Positions 55,701 through 62,168 of a stretch of 64,000 nucleotides of DNA are shown one piece after another. Under the pieces are notes generated by a model. The model was not told where the DNA came from and did not search any database. It saw nothing but the letters and a program-made list of their open reading frames with translations. Origin of the DNA: a virus; the IMG/VR virus record IMGVR_UViG_3300044691_000566, positions 32,001-96,000 of that record; one strand, written 5' to 3'. A program made the position numbers and the translations under genes. Each line of letters starts with the position of its first letter. Positions within the stretch are counted from its first letter, which is position 1.

Positions 55701-57871
55701 TGCACGGCCGGGCCGAGCCTCAGCACGTTGTGCAGCACGGTACCCCGGAGTGGGACGACTACGCCGATCAGTACGAGATCCACGGGGAGAACAGTCCCGA
55801 GCAGGAGCGCACCGTACGCACGGGTGCCCCCGTGCAGATCACCCACGCCACGGCGGTCTCCAAGCCGGTATGGGGCGACGAGGGCCGTGAGACCGAGGTG
55901 CCCTGGGGGAGCCAGGTCACCGCCAACCAGCAGGACGGCTTCCTCGCCGACACCGCCGACGAGGCCCCCGAGGAGGAGATCGTCTCCCAGGGCGCCTTCG
56001 ACCCGTACGCCATCCTCACCACCGCTGCCGCCGATCCGGAATTCCGCTTCCACGTCACGGCCGCCTGGGCCGACGTCCGCCGCAAGGCGAAGCGGATCCG
56101 CTCCGAGGGCGGCGTACGCATCACCCTGGCCACCGACGGCGTGGTCTTCGGCGAGGTCAAGGGCGACCACCACGTCTACGAGACCGGCGTACAGCGCTTC
56201 CCCGGCACCAAGCACTCCGTGGCCACCTACACCTGCGGCTGCAAGTGGGGCGCCTACCACTGGGGCGCCCCTGACGACTTCAGCCACTTCGCCGGACGTA
56301 TGTGCTCCCACGCCCTCGCCCTCCAGTACGAGGCCCAGTCCCGGGGCATGTTCGGCCGGGACGTGGAGGTCGACTCCACCAAGCCCGAGTGGGTCCCGAA
56401 GAAGGTCGTCCTCCGCTACGACATCGACGACGGCACCAACCGGATGGTGCGCTCCAGCACGAAGACGGCAGCAGCAGAGCCCAATCCGCACGGTCTGTAC
56501 CTGCGTTTCGGCAGGTGGCCCCACGACGAGCGCTCCACCAACAACATCACGGGTGCGAAGGAAGACGGGGTCAGCGTCTACGACCTCGATCATCACGGCC
56601 GCCCCATGGACCCGGACCCGGACGACAGTCGGACCAACATCGACGACGGGGACCGCAACTGGCCCAAGGAGGAGATGCACGGCCGGGTGGGCAAGGCCGA
56701 GCGCGACCGCAAGTGGGGCAATGACCATCCTGACCGTCAGGCCCACATCGTGAGGGGCGACATCGCAGGCTTCGGTCACGACAATGAGCCGCTGCTCAAC
56801 AACGTCGAGCGGATCGGCGACTGGATCGATCACCGGCATCTGTTCTTCAGCGGCAAGCCGCATCCCCTCGCCCGCAGTGAGGACCACGACGACTATGAGC
56901 CGCCGGAGGAGGAGCCCCAGCACCGTACGGCTGCCCTGGAGGTCACCCCGCTGGTGGCCCTCGCGCAGTGGTCCCGTGCGCAGGGCGACGACCCGGAGGA
57001 GTTCGCGTTCCTCCTGGGCATGCACGGCCTGACGGCCGCGATCAGCTCCCCCTGGGGCGAGCCGCAGGCCCCGGCCGCCAACTACACCCCGGGACCGACC
57101 AAGCCCCGCAACCCCGCCGAAAACCCCGGATCCACCGGCTGGGCCACCCAGTCCGACCCCGACAACTGGGATTCGATCAACCCCAACGACCTGGGGGACC
57201 GCGTCGCGGCCCTGGACGAGTTCCTGTTCGAGGGTGCCATCCCGCAGGAGATCGCCCAGTCCGACGACCCGATGGCCTCCTCCCCGGGCACTGAGGACAC
57301 CCCCCTGGAGAACGGCGTGACGGCGTACTGGCGGCACATGGAGGACGTGGCGATGACCACGGAGGCCATCTCGATGCTGGGGGAGCAGGACGGCCCCCTC
57401 TGGCCGTCCGGGCCCAAGGGCGGCCGGGGCGGTCCGATGCCGCCGGGACACGCGCAGATGCCGGAGCACGAGGAGCTGACCCCCGGAGCCGAGGCGGATC
57501 TGCATGTGCAGCCGGAGGGGGCGCTTCCGTACACCGACGGCGACGGCCCGGACCTGACCGACGACGAGTCCCTCACCCCGTCCCGGACCGCCTCCCTGGG
57601 CAGCAGCATCCTGGAACAGTTCCAGGCCACCGCCTCCCACTTGGCCCCCGGCGGCTCCACCAGACCCTCCGGACGCGGGGGTGTCGCGGCGGAGATCGCC
57701 GCCCAGGCCCGGGAAACCCTCAGCAAGATCGCGCTGAAGGACTACAGCCCCGCAGAGCAGGCTGCGATCATCAATGAGGGTGTCAACGTCAGGGCCTCCA
57801 ACCTGGACCGCCTGGACGTGACCGGCACGCACTACGAGTCTCAAGAAGACGAGGACGGGATATGGCCGTAA
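52769..57871 (+). CDS. 1700-aa polyvalent protein: SH3-like, 2 GNAT, Zn cluster, 2-3 ADP-ribosyltransferase-like domains, SWIM
   Basis: [11 protein letters not shown] and HPGAGSALM (GNAT); VHRG..HWSSD..AEV and VYRG..HWSTD..EQE (R-S-E ART); CGC...CSH (SWIM). Confidence 0.75.
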   Translation: MGLGRREAAHDTALSRKQAGDYPTDYSVGQKVMTVDGIPGRVEEVIFSPAMGEEYDVVLDDGAGRGTYAPSQLSPYATSTHQATGTHLASDDYEELTDVLRDRPDIAVPVRLGSLQVQASTEPLPGYGTPGPRPEPEQPDDDEHYDPPCAYPHEGPCPVWPEPHDHHTSSVHLAMPPKSGKPPVGEYSYKVHPSSGLLTGYINGEEAGYINHTPYRNEDEYGHYEDYGDGDDNHEHHPFSAGHKAGAVKVHMLHTNPAHRGSGVASAMMDSLYHHYPNAWINHGYRTDNGSTWWNKYDEPDPGRNVHNVSPDDHSHRLKKHWTSHFDVDDVVSDMDSLSRTNEEQGHEGNAHRQWDQTEHGGTGASPSCEDCDSDRDHYCHDCEKYYPHRYEGDTHGDDCPKRCEECDSDGEHECPTCKEWVHHDDLEQHEQDHQDEHAADDEHDPVQVGLHNSVTVPLTRKEHDFVHNPAIPADKRAHHLLNRIGRGAMPSHDWDVDPKTSHEIEHDSHEQTPYSRGLHTTVTLHAHPLNEHEAQDGFGNDSYTREGERSHFDAVPTKFRLKGMSWGDGPREAEHHHEFPGHGQRVATAPSTYNSQPGNYPRSLKPLLRQPGHERPAPEVHPEQGKLFARKTAATRADFQFEHEDTDIRGIKHGYKNHLRAIHPETGEHAGTLTYFAPTRKGAPVIVDDLTTSHPGAGSALMDEVESRHPGSRIQHGVDKPMSKGKPHYDHSDYGKATDWSAHYPNLPEQVHRGLNVRLEGSDARAVTRGEGSAADHAQILHSALRDGGPLGMHWSSDEETSRNFAHRNIRDPRKDVPVILHADRPAQKDLETRPNVLKNNGVWMHDYEHGDAEVPVRRGRSVNLRGISWKPDAPHSEADASGWVHHTFGEGSQHTAALYAAVGGEPVYRGLNLGLASDEDVEHLHRDPVGYLNQKGFRPHEAGIHWSTDPYTAHNFALAHDEDDDDATPHTHGVILHGRAEPQHVVQHGTPEWDDYADQYEIHGENSPEQERTVRTGAPVQITHATAVSKPVWGDEGRETEVPWGSQVTANQQDGFLADTADEAPEEEIVSQGAFDPYAILTTAAADPEFRFHVTAAWADVRRKAKRIRSEGGVRITLATDGVVFGEVKGDHHVYETGVQRFPGTKHSVATYTCGCKWGAYHWGAPDDFSHFAGRMCSHALALQYEAQSRGMFGRDVEVDSTKPEWVPKKVVLRYDIDDGTNRMVRSSTKTAAAEPNPHGLYLRFGRWPHDERSTNNITGAKEDGVSVYDLDHHGRPMDPDPDDSRTNIDDGDRNWPKEEMHGRVGKAERDRKWGNDHPDRQAHIVRGDIAGFGHDNEPLLNNVERIGDWIDHRHLFFSGKPHPLARSEDHDDYEPPEEEPQHRTAALEVTPLVALAQWSRAQGDDPEEFAFLLGMHGLTAAISSPWGEPQAPAANYTPGPTKPRNPAENPGSTGWATQSDPDNWDSINPNDLGDRVAALDEFLFEGAIPQEIAQSDDPMASSPGTEDTPLENGVTAYWRHMEDVAMTTEAISMLGEQDGPLWPSGPKGGRGGPMPPGHAQMPEHEELTPGAEADLHVQPEGALPYTDGDGPDLTDDESLTPSRTASLGSSILEQFQATASHLAPGGSTRPSGRGGVAAEIAAQARETLSKIALKDYSPAEQAAIINEGVNVRASNLDRLDVTGTHYESQEDEDGIWP

Positions 57872-58269
57872 CCACCGCCAAGGACGAGCCGGAGGACGGC
57901 GTCCCGCAGGGGATGCTCACGCCGCCCGAGGAGGGCACCGTCCCCTACGGCGGCAAGGGCCTCACCCTGAATGCAACCGGGGACGTCCACCCCTACCAGC
58001 TCATCGAAGAGATCTACCAGCGCCTGGGCGAGCGCGGCGACTACGAAGTGGTCGTCACCGAGTCCCACGACGGCAAACAGCGCTCCGTGCACGTCCTGGG
58101 CGATGCCGACCGGGCCGTCGTGCAGGGCGTCATCGACTCCCACGACCCCGACCCCGACTACGGCCTCAGCGCCGAGGAGCGCCGCATCCAGGACCTGAAG
58201 CACCAGTTGAAGAGCGGCGCCGACCTGTCCCCCCAGGACTTGAACACCCTGATGCGCGCCATGCTCTGA
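57862..58269 (+). CDS. hypothetical late protein
   Basis: Overlap coupling. Confidence 0.7.
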   Translation: MAVTTAKDEPEDGVPQGMLTPPEEGTVPYGGKGLTLNATGDVHPYQLIEEIYQRLGERGDYEVVVTESHDGKQRSVHVLGDADRAVVQGVIDSHDPDPDYGLSAEERRIQDLKHQLKSGADLSPQDLNTLMRAML

Positions 58270-58273
58270 CGAC

Positions 58274-58380
58274 GAAGGGGGCGGCCGGAGCCGCCCCCTT
58301 CTCCCTGCCATGCCCAGCCATGCCGCGCCATGCCTCACCTTGCCGTGCCAGGCCATGCCCCGAGGACTTGACTATATCAG
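58274..58380 (+). repeat. hairpin-(NNGCC)11-TTGACTATATCAG element, copy 4
   Basis: Direct inspection. Confidence 0.85.
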
Positions 58381-58382
58381 GT

Positions 58383-58412
58383 CTTGCTCTCCAACAATCC
58401 TTGGAGTACTCT
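58383..58412 (+). promoter_or_regulatory. early-type promoter inside the late region
   Basis: CTTGCT-CTCCAACAATCCTTGGAG-TACTCT. Confidence 0.8.
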
Positions 58413-58444
58413 GGGGGCAGTAACCGACTCCTCTGGAGGCCAAT

Positions 58445-58654
58445 GTGGCATTCTTCCTCGACCCCGAACTGGCCCGTCTCGTCGAGGGCAGTTCCTCCGG
58501 CGCCCCCGCGAAGACCGCTCCGGCCAGCGGGACCCGTCGGCCCAACAAGTTCGGGAAGAAGTGCCACGGCTGCGGGACCTGGGTCAAGCCCCAGGAGGGC
58601 TATCTCGGCAAGGACGGGGGAGCCTGGGTCGTGTACTGCACCACGTGCCCCTAG
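58445..58654 (+). CDS. small Zn-ribbon protein
   Basis: RPNKF..KCHGC..WV...G...YCTTC. Confidence 0.7.
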   Translation: MAFFLDPELARLVEGSSSGAPAKTAPASGTRRPNKFGKKCHGCGTWVKPQEGYLGKDGGAWVVYCTTCP

Positions 58655-58662
58655 GAGGACCC

Positions 58663-58908
58663 ATGGTCACCGGACCGATCGACAACCACCTGTCCCGCAA
58701 CATTCCGCACGTCCACTCCGACGCCGAGCCGGAGGTGGTGCCGGACGAACTGCGCTCCCACCTGATCAAGTACCACGGGTGGGCCCTGTGGATGCTCCGC
58801 AAGCGCGGCGGCGACACCCCGGAGGGGACGGCCTATATCCGTTCGTGGCACGGGGGCGCCCACAAGGGCATTCAGGACGCCTCCGGGCACACCGCCGTGG
58901 AGTGGTGA
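58663..58908 (+). CDS. hypothetical protein
   Basis: AGGAGG RBS; L.SHL..YHG...H..AH. Confidence 0.7.
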   Translation: MVTGPIDNHLSRNIPHVHSDAEPEVVPDELRSHLIKYHGWALWMLRKRGGDTPEGTAYIRSWHGGAHKGIQDASGHTAVEW

Positions 58909-59114
58909 TGGCCACCTGGGTCGTCCGCGAGGACAAGGGCAAGTGGCGAGTGAGCTGCGGCCGGATATCCAAAGAGTTCGGCACGGAGGCCGACGCCATC
59001 CAGTACCTCCGCCAGGAACGCACCTGGAGCGACAAGATCGTCCTGGAGGAGGCCGACGGCTACCGGACCCCGGTGACCAGGCGGTATACCCGGCGGCGGC
59101 ACTGGCGCGGTTGA
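58908..59114 (+). CDS. hypothetical protein
   Basis: TGATG overlap. Confidence 0.65.
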   Translation: MATWVVREDKGKWRVSCGRISKEFGTEADAIQYLRQERTWSDKIVLEEADGYRTPVTRRYTRRRHWRG

Positions 59115-59339
59115 ATCAGGGACCAACGATTCCCCGAGTAACTCCACCACAGGATTTTAAAATCCCGCCGCCTCCACGGAGGGGGACACCGACTCACAAC
59201 GCGTCACACGGGTAACACTCCGCCCGGGGAGTCGCTTGGTGACGCTGGCCCCATCGCCCTCGGATTCCTTGCCAGGGCCCCGGGTACCGGGGCTACAGTG
59301 GCAGCAGCTCCGGTGATCTCTGGCAGGACACCGCACAGA

Positions 59340-59412
59340 CGAGGCCCCCGCACTGCAAGGTGCGGGGGCCTCGTTGTGCTGTCGGGCGGGATTCCAGGGC
59401 CCAGAAGGGGTG
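59340..59412 (+). promoter_or_regulatory. terminator + candidate late promoter
   Basis: CGAGGCCCCCGCAC/GTGCGGGGGCCTCG; CTGTC(59379)-N20-GAAGGGGTG. Confidence 0.75.
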
Positions 59413-59447
59413 AGGGGCCACCGTTTAGACCGATGGGGAGGGGCACC

Positions 59448-59786
59448 GTGTCGACAGATCCGTTGAACAAAGACGACTTCAACCGATACGTCGATCGCCA
59501 CGACACCCAGCATTCCAATCTGGACGGACGCCTCGCGCGGGACATGGTCCCCACAGCGCTCTACATGGCCGACCAGCGGGCCAACGAGAGGCGTCTGACC
59601 GAGCTGGAGCGGGACCTCGCCGACAAGGCCACCAAAGCTGAACACAACACCCTGGCGGGCCGTATGACCTCGCTGGAAGGCCGTCCGGCCAACATGCGGA
59701 ACTATCTGATCGCCCTGGCTGGACTGGGACTGACTCTTCTGGGCATCGTCGTGTCCGCCTACTTCTCTTCCAAGGGCGGTACATGA
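59448..59786 (+). CDS. coiled-coil membrane protein (lysis cassette)
   Basis: C-terminal TM segment. Confidence 0.7.
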   Translation: MSTDPLNKDDFNRYVDRHDTQHSNLDGRLARDMVPTALYMADQRANERRLTELERDLADKATKAEHNTLAGRMTSLEGRPANMRNYLIALAGLGLTLLGIVVSAYFSSKGGT

Positions 59787-59787
59787 G

Positions 59788-60627
59788 ATGCACAAGGCGG
59801 GATGGTTCGACCGAAACCAGATGAAGGTGCTGAAGGCCAGCATCCTGCTGGTTTTTGCGATATTGCTGCTGGGCGGCGTCTACATCTCGCACGAGATCCG
59901 GGCCGCCACCCAGCGGGCCGATGTCGCCACCCAGCGGGCCAACAACAGCGCCCGACAGGCCAATGACAGCGCCCGAGCGGTCGTCTCGTTGTCGAAGAAC
60001 CTGGAAACCTCGCGCAAGCAGCTCACCGATCACGGCATCAAACCCTCCGCGCCGTCGGCCAAGACCGTGATCGAACAGGTCGGCGGGATCCCGGGCGCCG
60101 CCGGATCCCCGGGCCGCAACGGCGCTACCGGCAGTTCCGGCCCGTCAGGTCCCCCCGGACCCACGGGGCCCGCAGGAGTGCAAGGACCCCTCGGCCCGCT
60201 GGGACATACCGGTCTCCCCGGACCCACGGGCATACCGGGGATCAACGGGACCAACGGCAGCAACGGAACAGACGGCAAGCCCGGAGAGCCGGGCATTGTC
60301 GGCCCCACCGGACCGGCGGGAGCCGCTGGAGCACAGGGGCCGCAGGGCGACCCGGGGCCCGCTGGACCGACGGGGCCTGCGGGGCCTTCAGGGCCGACAT
60401 GCCCCACCGGGTATTCGATGCAGACCTCGCCCACCGACCCGTATGCGCAGGTGTGCCGACAGGACGGGGCGCCCTCCCCGAGCCCGACCCCCAGTCCTTC
60501 ACCGACCACCGCAGCATCTTCAACACAGTCCCGGCTCCTCTCCGAGGGACCCGCATCCCCCCGCCAGGAGGCACCCGTTCTGATGGCGGGAATGTATGCG
60601 ATCGTCTCCGAGAGAAAACGCCTGTAG
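59788..60627 (+). CDS. membrane-anchored collagen-like protein
   Basis: TM segment, coiled coil, long Gly-X-Y run, CPTGY...VC cap. Confidence 0.85.
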   Translation: MHKAGWFDRNQMKVLKASILLVFAILLLGGVYISHEIRAATQRADVATQRANNSARQANDSARAVVSLSKNLETSRKQLTDHGIKPSAPSAKTVIEQVGGIPGAAGSPGRNGATGSSGPSGPPGPTGPAGVQGPLGPLGHTGLPGPTGIPGINGTNGSNGTDGKPGEPGIVGPTGPAGAAGAQGPQGDPGPAGPTGPAGPSGPTCPTGYSMQTSPTDPYAQVCRQDGAPSPSPTPSPSPTTAASSTQSRLLSEGPASPRQEAPVLMAGMYAIVSERKRL

Positions 60628-60640
60628 GCAGGGGGCCAAC

Positions 60641-60916
60641 ATGGCCGCACCACCCGCCCGCCCGTCGCAGAACACCGGCCTGATCGTCCTGGTCGTCGGC
60701 ATCTTCATGATCATCATTGCGTTCGGCGCGGTGACGTACCTCAACGGGAACGTCAACACCGTCAAACAGAATCAGACCAAGAACTCCCAAGTGGGCCAGA
60801 CCGAACGCACCGCCCTGACCGCTATCACCTGCGCCCTGTGGCATTCCGTCGGCACCCCCACCAGGATCGACACCACCCTGCGCGCCTCCGTGGAAGCCGT
60901 CTGCGGCAAGCCCTAG
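60641..60916 (+). CDS. membrane protein (lysis cassette)
   Basis: One TM segment, two C-terminal Cys. Confidence 0.7.
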   Translation: MAAPPARPSQNTGLIVLVVGIFMIIIAFGAVTYLNGNVNTVKQNQTKNSQVGQTERTALTAITCALWHSVGTPTRIDTTLRASVEAVCGKP

Positions 60917-60918
60917 TC

Positions 60919-60952
60919 CTGTCGCAGACAGCCCGAGCCCTTTAAAGGGGTG
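60919..60952 (+). promoter_or_regulatory. candidate late promoter
   Basis: CTGTC-N20-AAAGGGGTG. Confidence 0.7.
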
Positions 60953-60974
60953 AGGACGACCCCTAGGAGGGCGC

Positions 60975-61811
60975 ATGACCGTCAACGGAATCGACGTCTC
61001 CGCGTACCAGAACAGCACCTACTCCACTGCGGGCCTCGGCTTCGTCATCGTCAAGGCCACCGAGGGCACCAGCTATGTGAACCCCGCGCACGCCGCGCAG
61101 ATCCAGCACGGCCGCGACGCCCACCTGGTTCCCGGCCACTACCACTTCGTCCGGCCGGGCGACATGAAGGCCCAGGCCGACTTCTTCCTCCAGCACGCCG
61201 CCCCCGGGCCCGGTGACGTCCTCGCCTTCGACTGGGAGGACAAGGCCGTCTCCGGCGGCGACAAGGACGTCTGGCTCAAGTACGTGCAGGCCAAGGCGCC
61301 CACGCACCGCGTGCTGCTGTACTGCGACCTGGACTTCTGGACCAACCGCGACCACACCGGTTTCACCGCCGACGGCCTGTGGATCGCCGATCCCAGCTCC
61401 CCGGCCGGGCACCCCGCCGTCAAGCACGCCTGGGTGATGCACCAGTACAGCTCCAGCGGCGGCATCGACCACAACGTGGCCGCGTTCGCCGACACCGCAG
61501 CCCTGCGCACCTGGGCCGCCAAGGGCACCCCCGCCGTCCAGCCGCACCCGCAGCAGCACCAGCCCTTCCCGGGCGCCTCGTGGTTCACCACGGGCCGCAG
61601 GAGCCCGATCGTGGCCGCCATGCACGACCGCCTGGTGGCCGTCGGCTGCAACCACTACACGAGCAACGCCAACAAGGACGTCATCGGCTCCGGCGACGTG
61701 GCCTCCTACCAAGCCTGGCAGCACAAGCTGGGCTACACCGGCCCGGCAGCCGTCTGGCCGCCCGGCCAGACGAGCTGGGACAAACTCCAGATCCCGAAGG
61801 TGGCGCGATGA
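60975..61811 (+). CDS. GH25 endolysin with C-terminal cell-wall-binding domain
   Basis: GIDVSAYQ, KATEG..Y.NP, G.YHF, DWE, HQY, D.N. Confidence 0.92.
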   Translation: MTVNGIDVSAYQNSTYSTAGLGFVIVKATEGTSYVNPAHAAQIQHGRDAHLVPGHYHFVRPGDMKAQADFFLQHAAPGPGDVLAFDWEDKAVSGGDKDVWLKYVQAKAPTHRVLLYCDLDFWTNRDHTGFTADGLWIADPSSPAGHPAVKHAWVMHQYSSSGGIDHNVAAFADTAALRTWAAKGTPAVQPHPQQHQPFPGASWFTTGRRSPIVAAMHDRLVAVGCNHYTSNANKDVIGSGDVASYQAWQHKLGYTGPAAVWPPGQTSWDKLQIPKVAR

Positions 61812-62074
61812 CGATCCCGACCCCGGTCCCGGCTCCCGACCACCGCGCGTCCACCGCGTGGAAAATCGAGGCGAAGGTCATCGCCTCCACGACGGCCACC
61901 TTCGCCGTCTCCCTCGTCCTGGCCGTCCTCAACGCCGTCCAGGGCAACCACGACCTGCTCGGCTCGATGCCCACCGCCCTCCAGACGGTCATCCTGCTCA
62001 TCGTCCCCACCGCCATCACCTTTCTGGGTGGATACCTAGCTCGTCATACGCCCCGGGCACCCGCCGGAAGCTAG
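61808..62074 (+). CDS. holin
   Basis: IEAKV.AST...2 TM...GY.A.HTPR, directly after the endolysin. Confidence 0.8.
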   Translation: MTIPTPVPAPDHRASTAWKIEAKVIASTTATFAVSLVLAVLNAVQGNHDLLGSMPTALQTVILLIVPTAITFLGGYLARHTPRAPAGS

Positions 62075-62083
62075 CGTTCAACA

Positions 62084-62158
62084 CGAAGGACCCCGGGATC
62101 CCCCACGTTCCCCGGGGTCCTTTGCTGTCTGCCCCCCGGCCAGTACCGGGAAGGGGTG
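62084..62158 (+). promoter_or_regulatory. terminator + candidate late promoter
   Basis: AAGGACCCCGGG/CCCGGGGTCCTT; CTGTC(62125)-N20-GAAGGGGTG. Confidence 0.75.
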
Positions 62159-62168
62159 GAGGTGGCGA

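Noticed and set aside
52721-57844. Long minus-strand ORFs (1707 aa here; also 6146-9223, 17599-19923, 40829-43003, 47635-49485)
   Set aside because: Antisense shadows of high-GC genes; no motifs, while the plus strand has clear domains and RBSs.
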